Shown here in pieces: positions 1-11,900 of a stretch of DNA of 64,000 nucleotides (position 1 is its first letter; the number at the start of each line of letters is the position of its first letter). The stretch is from Cyanophora paradoxa CCMP329 (taxonomy: Eukaryota; Plantae; Glaucophyta). The stretch is taken from assembly GCA_004431415.1 (NCBI GenBank), contig QPMI01000226.1, positions 14,982 to 78,981 on the forward strand, written 5' to 3'. The notes below the pieces were generated by a model. That model did not search any database. It worked only from the letters and a program-made list of their open reading frames with translations, and was not told where the DNA came from. The position numbers were made by a program, and so were the translations under genes.

Positions 1-2540
1 CTCGCGGATGCGAGCCTAGAGGATGACAAGGAGGTTGTCATCGGCCCGGACGGGAAGCCAATCAGTGCGCGTCGCCGTCGCTGCTGGCGCCCCGCCGACG
101 CCGCTGGCGCCTCGCCGACGCCGCCGGTCATCTGTATTGGCGTTCGACCGCTAACTGCGTGTTTCTGCGTGACAGGCAAGAGCGCCTTGAAGAAGCTCAA
201 GAAGCAGCAGGAAGATAAGTCAAGCCGGTAGCGCGCGTGGCCGTCTCTGTCGTCCGCGTAAGCATTCGCGCTGACGAGGTCTCGGCATGTCGCGTTTCCC
301 GTCCCTTCCGATTCGGCCTGCGCACCTGAGGCAAAGAAGGCTGCGAAGGCCGCCGAGCTCGAGCAGAAGCGAGTAAGCCGCTCGTTGGCGCGATGATCAG
401 TGCGCGCACGCTGACAAAGCGCTCCCGTGCAGCTCGAGGAACAGAAACGCCGCCTGGAGGAAGCTGCGCACATCAAGATCGAGGAGGACAAGAGTCTCCC
501 TCCAGCGACTCGGGTGCGGTCTAGGTATTAATGAGGAGAATCAGTTTCTCATCCCGCACTGTGGTTCGCGCAACAGATCAAGATTCGTGATTGCCCCAAG
601 CATGAGGGCCAGCGCGTGAAGGTGTATGGGTGGGTGCATCGCTTGCGCCAGCAAGGGTCCAGCCTTGTCTTCATTGTCCTCCGTGATGGCACCGGGTTTC
701 TGCAGTCTGTCCTCAACGGCAATATGGTTTGCGTCTTGCATTTTCACAAGATGCAGCGGTTCATCTTATCGCCTTACGGCCCAGGCTAAGACGAAGGAGG
801 CGATTCTCCTCAATCGTGAGGCTTCAGTCTGCATCTACGGTAAGCTGGTCGTGGACCCCCGCGCCGAGGGCGGGCGCGAGCTTCAGGCAAGCGACTGCCC
901 CCTTCCTTTCCTTTTATGCCCTTTTGATTCCTCAGCAGGCGGACTACTGGGAGCTCGTGGGCGCGTCGCCTTCTGAGGTGGAGAACATCCTGAATCAGGA
1001 CTCCAACCCGGACGTGCTGCTGGACAACCGCCACATGGTTCTGCGCGGAACGAAAACCTCGGCGATTATGAAGCTGAGGTACTGTCTCTCTTTTCGCTCA
1101 AGAACCCAGTTGTTTGCTAAAGACGCGCAGGAGCATCATCACGCACGCGTTCCGCTGCCACTTCATCGAGAAGGGCTTCTTCGAGGTGACTTGCCCGACG
1201 CTGGTGCAGACCCAGGTCGAGGGCGGGTCTACTCTTTTCAAGCTCAACTACTATGGCGAGGAGGTAGGTTTCCCTCTCTCTTTTTTTTGGATGCAGTGAT
1301 TTTAACCATCCCGCAGGCCTACCTCACCCAGTCTTCCCAGCTTTACCTGGAGACCGTTATTCCCTCCGTTGGCGATGTCTTTTGCATAGAGCCTTCTTAC
1401 CGTGCGGAGAAGAGCCGCACCCGTCGGTACGCGTGATGGGCTTACTGTCTTGCTTAGAGCCGACCAGCTCTTCAGGCATTTGTCTGAGTTCACACACCTG
1501 GAGGCCGAGATGCCGTTCATCGAGTTCGAGGACCTGCTACACATTATTGAGGACATGGTCCGTTTTGGTTTCACCTTGGCACGGGGCTGTGTGGGCTGAC
1601 TTCGCTCGTTCTCGCTCACTGTCAGTGTGTTGACGTTTTCGAGCGTGTCATGCGCGAGAATGGTGAGCTCATGAAGTCCGTCAACCCGACCCCGCCCGTC
1701 GTGAAGAAGCCCTTCCGGTAGGCAGAACTCGCCTGCATTTCCAGTGCAAGCTTATCCTCTGGCAGGCGCATGGATTATGCCGACGCGATTAAGTTCTGCC
1801 GTGAGCACAACATCTACAAGGACGAGGAGTCCAAGACTCACTTCGAGTTCGGCGATGACATTCCGGAGCTGCCTGAGCGCCGTATGACTGACATGATTGG
1901 CGAGCCCATCCTCATGTGCCGCTTCCCTGCTGCCCTCAAGTCCTTCTACATGCAGAAGGTTCCTGGTTTCCAGTTTTTGCACTCGTTTGTCGTTTTCCTG
2001 AGATTGTTTCAGTGCAAGGACAACCCACTGCTCACCGAGTCTGTTGACCTCCTCATGCCTGGCGTCGGAGAAATCGTTGGCGGGAGCATGCGTATGTGGG
2101 ACAAGGATGAGCTTGCGGAGGGCTACAAGCGCGAGGGTATCGATTCCAAGCCCTACTACTGGTACACCGACCAGGTTCGACAAATGCCTTGACATTTGTC
2201 TTTTTTAAAGAAGTCGATAAAAGCCCATATCTGGCGTTCTTTGAATGGCACTTTCAAGGCCCCAAAGAATGTCTGGGGGTCTTCAGGCTTTCGCCTCTAG
2301 TCCTGAATTTTATGGGCAACAATAATTGACCGCTTCTGTTAGGGGGTGAAGGGGCTTATTCTCCTCATCCCTAGTAGTAGACGGTCACATCTGACTTCCT
2401 GCCTGCAGCGTGTGTTCGGCACCTGCCCTCACGGTGGCTTTGGGCTCGGGATTGAGCGCTTCCTGGCCTGGATGCTTGGTCAGGACCACGTCCGCAATGT
2501 GTGCCTCTATCCTCGTTACATGGGGCGTTGCAAGCCGTAG
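1..2540 (+). CDS. NARS1: Cytosolic asparaginyl-tRNA synthetase, multi-exon, 5' end outside window
   Basis: Spliced exons give [27 protein letters not shown] (OB fold), [55 protein letters not shown] (motif 2), [38 protein letters not shown] (motif 3). Confidence 0.97.
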
Positions 2541-3294
2541 GTCATACAGCCTAGCAAAAGATGCCTTGTTTTAAATTCAGTGTTCATTGGCAAATACTCA
2601 TCCTATCTAGATAGGAGTGCTGCCCCTGCCGTCTGCAACGCGTCTGCCCCAACTAGGCTCACCGAGCCCCGTTCCGATCCGGATCCGATCCGATGATCCT
2701 TCAAATTTATATTTCCAGATCGATATCTGGCAACTTGCAAGGCAACTTGCAACCTAGGCCTGCAAGGCTAAGGGCCCCGGCCCACGTGTCACAGTGTGCT
2801 AGACTCTCAGACATCGACCGATCGCGATAGACTCGAGACTAGAGAGCACACCGTACCCGGTGGAACCATCACGGCGTACGCGTGATTGCTCATGATCACA
2901 GATGCCATCATATATGCTGCTAGTTCACTGAGTCAACATCATGGCATCTGCATCTGTGCGCATGCATGCGATCTAGATCTACATATGATCAAATGCAGGC
3001 CCCAGGCGCCGGCCCGCGCCGCAGCGGGGGTTCTACTAGGCCCTGAGGGCTAACTTAGTAAGCTTAAGCTTAAGCTTGAATGAAAGATCATCATGGCATG
3101 ACTCGATGAGGCACTACTAGGCTAGTACCGCGGGGCCGCCCGGGCCGTAGTTCAACGGTTCTGTAATTTGCTGGGACATCGCCTGCCGGGGGCGCCACAG
3201 TACTGTAGTACCAGTGCATACTTGCATACTTGCAGCTGATCTCGAGTTCCAAGGCTCGTGCAAGCATCTCAAAGTTCCAAGTGCCGGCAAATGC

Positions 3295-3580
3295 AGGTCT
3301 TTGATTATGATAAGGGGGCAGGTCTTTGATTATGATTAGGGGCCGGACATCTTTGATTCCGATTCCGATTAGAGGTTTGAACAACGGAGCCTAAGCCTTG
3401 AAGGTCGGACGTCTTTGATGGCGATTAAGATTGGGGGTTGGACGACGGAGCCTACTAGGCTAGGTCGGACGTCTTTGATTGCGATTATGATTATAGAGGG
3501 TTGGACGGCGGAACTTGATGCCGGACGTCTTTGATTGCGATGACGATTTTATGATTAGAGGGTTGGACGACTTTTGATTG
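3295..3580. repeat. Degenerate minisatellite, about 56-62 bp unit, 4 copies plus 2 partial
   Basis: Core CGGACGTCTTTGATT...GATTAGAGGGTTGGACGAC recurs near 3345, 3407, 3467 and 3523; shorter GGTCTTTGATTATGAT copies near 3296 and 3321. Confidence 0.8.
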
Positions 3581-3698
3581 CTGCTAGCAGAAAGATGATA
3601 ATGCCGCATATTACTCTCCTTAGGGGCCACGCAGGGCCCGGCCGGCCAGCTCGCTGGTGCGCTGAGCCTGCGGTCGCGGCGGCCGCAGTATCACTTAA

Positions 3699-4743
3699 CT
3701 ACAGCCCAATATCCTCCTTGGCCTGCGGAAGAACAGGAAAAGTAAGCTTCGAGTATGCCTAACATCAGCGGGGATCATATGCACCTTGGAGGTCCACCCC
3801 TTCTCCTGCAGGGCAAGCCGAAGATTCTTGATACGCTTGCGGTTGGCACCGAGGTCGCTCTTCCCCAGCCTGCTCGCGGACCTGTATCCAACCGTCCGGC
3901 CATCCGTCTCAAAAAAGAACTGCGGCAAACATATATCAGCGCCCTTCGTCCGAGCCGTAGCGGCCGCGGCTTGTGGAAATCCGCGACGAGGCAGCGGTTG
4001 CGCATGCGCATGCGGGCCTTGTTTTAAAACAAAGATCTAGAGCGGCCACCCTCACGCCTTGAGACCCCAAGACCCAAGGCCACTCCTACAAGCCTACAAG
4101 GAGACCTCCACATCGTCGGTGTAGCCTACAAGAGGCGTTTCGAACTCAGCGTAGAGATATACACTCCCGTCCTTCCTGCGATCCTCTGCAACTACTGTGA
4201 CCTGCAAAGAACGAAATTAAAGTCCTTCCCCCTTTATAGCAACCCCGATTTCGACCCCAAAAAACCAAGGACCACCTTCTCGCCGGATTTTCCAAATACG
4301 CTCTTGAGATCAGAAACGGCCTGAGATACGCTCTTTGCAGACGTTCCAGGCGTATTATATGTCCACGGATCTGGATGCGGTAAATACGTAGGCGCACCAC
4401 TAGCGGCGCAAGGCTCACAAACGAAATTCGCTGGATCCCGCGCGTAGGTCGAAATGCAGTTCTCGCTGCCCGCGGGGCAAGTCTGAAGCTTGTTCCCGTA
4501 GACCCCGAGATCCTCGGGCCTCTTCCCCCTCGCAAGGCCGCTAATGCCCGGAATGGCTGCGAACGCGGCGAAGCTGAACATACGCCGGCCGGTCTTGAGC
4601 TTGCGCTCGGGCTCCGGCACGCGCTCCGCCTCGCAGCGAGACAGAGGCCGAATGGGGGTCGGCGAGCATGTCGATCTGGAGATGCTTACCACGCGCGCCC
4701 CGCTGAAGACGCTCAAGCCGGCGAGAGGGACGAAGGATGTCAT
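3699..4743 (-). CDS. DUF1499 family protein, plastid/thylakoid-lumen targeted, multi-exon
   Basis: LGVYGNKLQTCPAGSENCIST, YLYAEFETPLVGYTDDVE|FFFETDGRTVGYRSASRLGKSDLGANRKRIKNLR are typical DUF1499 motifs; N-terminal MTSFV transit peptide followed by twin-Arg TGRRMFSFAAFAA. Confidence 0.88.
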
Positions 4744-4961
4744 TTTTTTCTCTGTGGCTTGGGGTACAGGAAGGGGCCGGAAAAGTGAACCGTCGCGGCT
4801 GCCGCTGCCGCGCCTCTTTCAACGCTACAGCGATTCGAGATGAACTCATCTTTGTACCGGCGGCTCGTTGCATCAGCACTGCGGCAGCGCTTGGACCGAT
4901 CAGCTGAGCTCAGCGCAGGCCGGCCAGGGAAGGGAAGAGTTTCGCCGCCGCGGGACCAGCT

Positions 4962-7301
4962 ATGCAGCGGGAAGAGCTGCGCGATGAGGTCTTCCAGGCC
5001 GCGGCGTCGGTGGACCAGGCCGAGGGCATCGCAACGTTACTACGCCGCATTCAGGCGGCTTGCGCAGAGACTGGCGCGGACATAGACGGGCTGCTCTATG
5101 CGGCTACCTGCTCGGCCGTTGCGACCGGCGACCTGTCCTTCGCAACAGCCCTGATCGGCGACTTGGGTGTCGGCTTCAGCGAGCGATCTCGGCCGTTCGG
5201 GGCGCCGTCCCTTCTAGCATGCGCCGTGGAGAGCGGCTCGATCACAATGGTCGAGAACATTCTGGCACGCAGCAGAGACAGGCAGCAGGGGCTTGACGAA
5301 GCACTACTTGCGGCGGCCGAGAGGGGTGGTCCCGCGCTTCCAATCACGAAGTGCGCCCATCCCGCGATTGAGCACTTGCGCCGCTCTCATTGATGGCTTC
5401 GGCAGGCTGCTCCTCTCGCGGGGTGCCTCAGCGTGGTACGTCTGCATGCTCCGACTTTCTGTGGTGTCGCCCCTCTCGCTCATGGGGGCGGGGCAGGCCG
5501 GAAACGTCGCGTGAGTGCGCGCGGAGGACGCCGCTGATGGCGGCCTGCGAAAAGGACTGCCCGGAGGCTGCGCGTCTGCTGCTCGAGACCCGCTCAGGCC
5601 TCGAGCGGTGCGCACCGCCGTTCGCCCTCGCACCAGGGGCCCCGCGCCGACACGCCGGAGCAGGCGGCAGTACGCGTCAGCGCGAACGCGGGATGGGGAC
5701 TGCGCGCTGGCGTGCGCGGCCCGGGCGGGGAGCGTGGCGTGCGTGAAGCTGCTGCTGGAGGTCGGGTGCGGGGCGGGCCAGCCGCTGGGCCCGGCGCGGG
5801 AGCCGCTGCTCGCGTACGGGGCGCGGCACGGGCGGGAGGACCTCGTGCGGTACCTCGTGTACAACGGAGCGGCGCTCGAGGGGGCCCCTGCGGTCGCCGC
5901 GGCGCTCGGGGGCCACCACCGGGTCGCCCTCTTCCTGCTGGAGAAGGGCGCGGCGGTGGAGGCGCGCGACGCCGCCGGCGTCTCCGTGCGCGCCGCGCTG
6001 AAGCGGAGCGGCGTCGTGGACCTCATCCGCCACATCCACCGCGCCTGCAAGGCCGCCGGCCCCGCCTCCCCCGCCCCGCCCCGCGACGACGAGGAGGACG
6101 CCGAGGTCGCCGCCGCCCTCGCCGCCCCGGCCTCCCGAGCCCGCCCCGCCGCCCTCCCCGCCGCCCATACTCCACAGCTCCCGCCGCCCGCCCCTGCCCC
6201 TCCCTCCCTAGCGCCCGGTTGTCCCCCGCACCAGCCCGGCCCAGTCGCCCGCCGCCCCCGCCCGGCCCAAGTCGCCCGCCCTCGCTATTTCCCCCCGGAG
6301 CACGCGCCGCGGCCTCAGGTGCATGCCGCAGCGAGCCACACGCCGCCGCCACCCCTCCTCCCCCACCTCCTCCAGCCCACGTCGCCCCGCGCGACGCGCC
6401 CGTCGCGGCGCCCGCCGCGCCTCTCGCCGCGCCGCCGCGGCCTCGGCCGGCGAGCGCGCCTGGCGCAGCCTGTGCCTCTCGGGACGGCTCCTCGGGGGCG
6501 CCCGACCTCACTCGGAGTCTCATGGAGGAGATCCGGAGCGCCGCGGGCAGCCCGCGCCCGGAGCGCCGTCCGCGCTCTCCGTCGCCGGTCGTGGCTCCCG
6601 TGGCGCTGGCGGCGATGCGGCGCCCGGCTCCGCCGCCGATCGAGGTGCCCGGGGGGCAGGCGGCGGCCCCCGGGGAGTCTTCGAGCTTCTCGGAGAGGCG
6701 GGCCTTCATCGGGTCCCACTTCCAGGCGGTGCGGGGCCCGCTAAGCTCCGAGCGCGGGGGCCCGGCGGGGCCGGCGGCGTCGCACGCCCGCGTCCAGCAG
6801 CTCGGCGCGAGCCTCGTGCGGCGCCTCTCCTCCGCCGCCTTCCACGTCGAGCCCGAGGCCGCGCGCGAGCCGGCCTCCCCGCGCCCCGCTGCGCCGCCCT
6901 CCCCCGCGCCGGGCCCCTCCCCACCGGACGACGTGGCTGAGGAGGCCGCGAGCCCCGTCACCCCAAGGACCTTCTCGGTGATGGCCGGTCGCCGTAAGGT
7001 GCGCCGGCCCGGCCCGCCCCTCTCCAGCGAGCGGCCATAGCGCGCGGTCGACCCGGTGCGCGCCACGGCGCATCGCAGAGCCTGGCGGGGGCAGTGGAGA
7101 CCCCGCTGGTCGCCTCCCTCATGGGTCCCAGGCGATCCCCCGCACGGATCCACGCCCAAGAGGGTCCGCTACGCCCCGCGCATGCTGCTTTCCGAGCCCC
7201 CTCACCCTCTCGCGGCCCGTGCAGAGATGCACCTTCCCCCGCCCCCACGCTCGCTGTGCACTCGCCGAGCGCGGCCGGACGAGGACGACGATGAGTACTA
7301 G
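4962..7301 (+). CDS. Ankyrin-repeat protein with Pro/Ser-rich C-terminus, multi-exon
   Basis: SLLACAVESGSITMVENIL, RTPLMAACEKDCPEAARLLLE, GDCALACAARAGSVACVKLLLEVG, AAALGGHHRVALFLLEKGAAVEARDAAG; 3' exon structure uncertain. Confidence 0.82.
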
Positions 7302-7457
7302 CCTAGTAGCCTAGTAGTACTTGCTCAAACATGTACACCGCGCGCGCACACACGATCGATCGCGACGTCGACTTGCAAATATTGAAATTGAAATTAATTA
7401 ACGCCGCCGGGCCGCAGCGCTGCCAGGCTGGGAGTCGATCAATTGCCAAGCTTTTAA

Positions 7458-8466
7458 TTGGAAACGGGGTAGGGCCCCCGTTTCCTGTCACTTACAAAAT
7501 GACGGTCCTGCTCATCTCCCGATCCAGCTCCGAGCTCTTAACCGAGTGTTAGTGCATGCATGAGAGCCCGGAATTCGTTGTCAGAACCCGGAAAGAGCGG
7601 AATGCTGCGCGGAAAAAAGGACCGGATCCATTCACGGATTTTCCCTTGCAGCGCCTGATCCTGTGATCGTATAGGGGCCGGACCAAGTGCATAAGAAAGC
7701 TCTTGCGATGCTCGGCAGAGCTTGTCATACATGCTAGTGCTCGGAAAGCAGCGCGTGGCGCGCTAGGCCGCACCAAGTACCTGTTGTACCGAACTCGAAA
7801 AAAAGAGCTCCTGCGAGTTGGAGGCGATATCGTGTTGCAGTACCCGTACTTCAAGTCGGCGAGCTAGCCGACAGGCTCGCTAGCTGGCCAGCGTAGCTAG
7901 GTGAGCTCCGGCGCCGGCTAGCGGCTTGCAGGACTTGGGCGCGCGCCGCGGCGCTGGCGCCGCCCCGGGCCAGCTGCATGCAGCCTGCAGGCGCGCGGTA
8001 CGGTTGCCGGCGCTGGCCGCCTCAGGCCGGCCGCTGATCATGATCATGAGCCACTGTGATGACAGCTGCAGGCTACACGTGCCACGGTGCAGCTGCATGC
8101 GCATGCGCACATGCGCATGCGCTATCCTATAGCTAGTATACGTATGCACGCGCCGGCGCGCGGCAGCCGCATGCCGCAGTGCGCCTCCGGGCCTCGGCGC
8201 CGGCGCATGCATGAGGTGATCATGAGCTAGCGCTCCGGCGCGCGGATCCGCACTGCGGCAGCTGCGCATGCCGATGGCCATGGCGAGCTCGAGCTGATGC
8301 GCGCGCGCATGCGCAGCTGCAGCTGCCGCAGTGCAGCTGCCGATGACGAGATAGCGCTCGCCGAGTCGACTCGGCGAGCACCCAGCTAGCTCGACCTACC
8401 CCGTTTCCAACCGGCGGCCGGCCCAGTCAGAGGCTCAGAGCCCGAGCAGAGGCCGCCGCGTGCTAG
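7458..8466 (+). mobile_element. Non-autonomous Helentron/Helitron-like element, copy 1
   Basis: Homologous to 45867-46896; 16-bp inverted repeat TTGGAAACGGGGTAGG (7458) / CCTACCCCGTTTCCAA (8395-8410) with the right copy subterminal; 5' hairpin; ends in CTAG; flanked by A and T; no target-site duplication seen. Confidence 0.75.
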
Positions 8467-8976
8467 TTGAAGTTGTTGTTTACTAAGTTAACAGTGTGCA
8501 CTGAAACGATGCGCCGCTTGGCGGCGCCCTCCGCGCATGCCATTGCGCATAAACGTACGCATATGCATACGGCTCTGTGCACGCGTACGTGAGCGCTGGG
8601 CCGGGCAGGGATCCCCGGAGTCGATCGATCAGTTTCAAGGAAGCGCCGGGGGGTACGTGCATTCATTTGTTTGACGCCAGGCTGGCACTCGAGGAAGCTA
8701 AAGCTATCTAGCCTGAGCTCGAGCTAAGCGCTACAGCGCGAGCGCAGTACAGCCGTTGAGTTAGTATAGCTGCTAAGCTAACGTTGGTCTGGATCGCAAC
8801 CGGGGCGACCTCGGTGTCGGAGCTCCTGGTGGGATCGACGTGCTTGCACTATCATCGAGCAGGTAGTCCGTCGTCGAGCTCAGGTAGTCTTTACAGCAGA
8901 GAGCGCAGAGCTTCGGTGTCCGCCAGTTGAAGCTGGCTAAGGGACAGCGGCCGGCAAGCGGCTCCGGGCCGGCCAA

Positions 8977-11900
8977 ATGGACCTGGCAAGCAGGAGAGCG
9001 CCGCGGCTGATTCCGAGCGCATTCGCGGGTGCACATGCGAGGACGCGGCGAAGTTGCCCGCGGCTGGTGTCTAGCCATATCGCTCGACTGCTGGTCCCCG
9101 TGGTGTTGTGGCTTTGCTTATCGAGAGCACATGCTTGGTGCGTCCGGGCGTGTGCAAGCTTTTCGATCGGGGAGCGCCACGCGCGCTACCGCTGTTCGGA
9201 GCCTGCAAATCTGACGGTCACTTGCGGCAGGATCACCGTCAGCGGGAGCAGAAACCTCACAATACAGGTGCTTAGCCCGCGCGCGTTGTGTCTCGCCAGG
9301 CGCAGCTCACTTTCCTGCTCGTTCCACAGGAGGACACTTTTGTCGGTCAGCTATTGCCCTTCTTTCTCCAGTCTGCATATGCTCACATTTTGCGAAGGAT
9401 ACTGGGACGGCGCCGATACTCGCAGCCTCTATGTAACAGGAGATGTTGTCGTGGGGAGGGGCAGCAGCGGCAATGTGAATGTCAGGGTGCGCTAATCGTT
9501 GTTTTCCCTCGCCTTCCACACTTTTAATCATTTTCTTTCCTGTTCCCTGACTTTGCTTTCTTTGCAGGGCAACATTGCTGTATGTTCCTTGTATTCCTTT
9601 TGTTCATCGTTTGCTAATCCTCTCTTAGGTTGCCGGGTCAGTCTCGCTGTCAACAATCGTCGCGAATGCAGGGGCCGCTGCGGTGTCGTTGAACGCCGAC
9701 GTTACGGTCTCGGGGCGCTTGACGGCGCAGTCGGGAACGTTTGGTGTGCTCAGCGTCAACGGGAGCACCGTATCGTCAACATCCGGCCCTCTCACCCTTC
9801 AATCCGCCGACCAAGTTGTGATCCGAAGCGCGCCTACGATTGGGAACATCACGCTCTCAGCGGGCAGCTCAGTCGTCGTCCAGAGCCCGCTGGTCGTCAC
9901 TGCAGGTGCCGCTGGCCCGCGATGTCCGCGTCGCGCGTCTATCTCACCATGCATGCAGAAACCTCACTGATGGCTCATGCAACTTTCGGCGGGACTGCCT
10001 CCTTCGCGGGGCTCGTGAGCCTTAACGGAGGAGCTACGGTCGCTGGCACGTGGACAGTGTCCGGTAACCTCGGCGCTGGTTCGGCCACGTTTGCGGGCCT
10101 TGTCAACGCTACCGCTGGGATTACTGCCTACGGCGCCACCACGCTCTTTGGGCCGCTCTCCGGATCCAGCGCGACGTTTTCAAGCCCTGTCGTGTTCAAC
10201 GCCGGAGTTTCGATATTAACGGGCGCAACTGTGTCCGGCCAAGTCAACACAACATCCGGTATCAACGTTGGCGGTCCCGGGGCGGCACCACTGTTCTCCG
10301 TTGACGCGGCGGGCAACACGATCGTTCGGGGCAGCCTCACTGTTGACGGCGCGTTCAAAGCAGGCTTTGGCTCCTTCTTCGACCAGACTCAGGCGATCCT
10401 GAACGGCTCACATGTCGCTGGTCTGGTAGTGGCATCGACCTACGGAAGTCTATCTCTTCAGCCAGGCAATGGCCAGCTCGTCACGACAGCGACTTCCCTA
10501 CAAAGCTCGAGTCCTTCGGGGTTCTCCATCGATAACGCCGTGTCTGTCTCCTTCACGACCAGTGGAACGATCAATCTCGCAGCGGCCTCCATACTTGCAC
10601 ACTCCCCATCCACATTCCTGGGCTCCGTCAATGCGAGCGCCAGTCTCACAGTCGGTGGCGGCGCGACGCTCTCGGGGCCTGTGGTGGCGATGGCGGGCGT
10701 GTCGGCAACGGGCCAGGTGAACGCGACGCAGGGGCTGAACGTGGGCGGACCGGACACGGCGCCGCTCTTCTCGGTGGACCCGGCGGGCAACACCGTGGTC
10801 CGGGGCAGCCTGACCGTGGACGGCGCGTTCAAGGCCGGCATGGCGTCCTTCTTTGACGAGTCGAAGCCGCTGCTCAACGCGACGAGCCCCCAGGGCCTGT
10901 CGATCACGACGATGGTGGGGTCGCTGGAGCTGAAGCCGAGCTCGGGGGAGGTCTTGACAACGGCGGCGCTGCTGACGTCGACGAACCCGGCGGGCCTCAA
11001 GGTGTCGAACGCCGCGGGCGTCGTGGTGGACACGAACGGGACGGCGGCCGTGTCGGCGCTGGGCGCGGTGTCGGTGAAGGGCGCATCGGTGTCGGTGGCG
11101 GGGCCGGCGACGTTCAGCGACCCGGCAAACTTCAGCTCCAGCCTGACCGTCGGGGGCGGGGCGACGCTCTCGGGGCCTGTGGTGGCGATGGCGGGCGTGT
11201 CGGCAACGGGCCAGGTGAACGCGACGCAGGGGCTGAACGTGGGCGGACCGGGCACGGCGCCGCTCTTCTCGGTGGACCCGGCGGGCAACACCGTGGTCCG
11301 GGGCAGCCTGACCGTGGACGGCGCGTTCAAGGCCGGCATGGCGTCCTTCTTTGACGAGTCGAAGCCGCTGCTCAACGCGACGAGCCCCCAGGGCCTGTCG
11401 ATCACGACGATGGCGGGGTCGCTGGAGCTGAAGCCGAGCTCGGGGGAGGTCTTGACAACGGCGGCGCTGCTGACGTCGACGAACCCGGCGGGCCTCAAGG
11501 TGTCGAACGCCGCGGGCGTCGTGGTGGACACGAACGGGACGGCGGCCGTGTCGGCGCTGGGCGCGGTGTCGGTGAAGGGCGCATCGGTGTCGGTGGCGGG
11601 GCCGGCGACGTTCAGCGACCCGGCAAACTTCAGCTCCAGCCTGACCGTCGGGGGCGGGGCGACGCTCTCGGGGCCTGTGGTGGCGATGGCGGGCGTGTCG
11701 GCAACGGGCCAGGTGAACGCGACGCAGGGGCTGAACGTGGGCGGACCGGGCGCGGCGCCGCTCTTCTCGGTGGACCCGGCGGGCAACACCGTGGTCCGGG
11801 GCAGCCTGACCGTGGATGGCGCGTTCAAGGCCGGCATGGCGTCCTTCTTTGACGAGTCGAAGCCGCTGCTCAACGCGACGAGCCCCCAGGGCCTGTCGAT

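Noticed and set aside
3295-3580. CRISPR-like repeat/spacer appearance
   Set aside because: Repeats are degenerate, linkers are related to each other, no cas genes, eukaryotic context
7538-7732. 64-aa ORF open in both element copies (also 45947-46141)
   Set aside because: Many amino-acid differences between copies and no recognisable domain; no evidence of coding constraint
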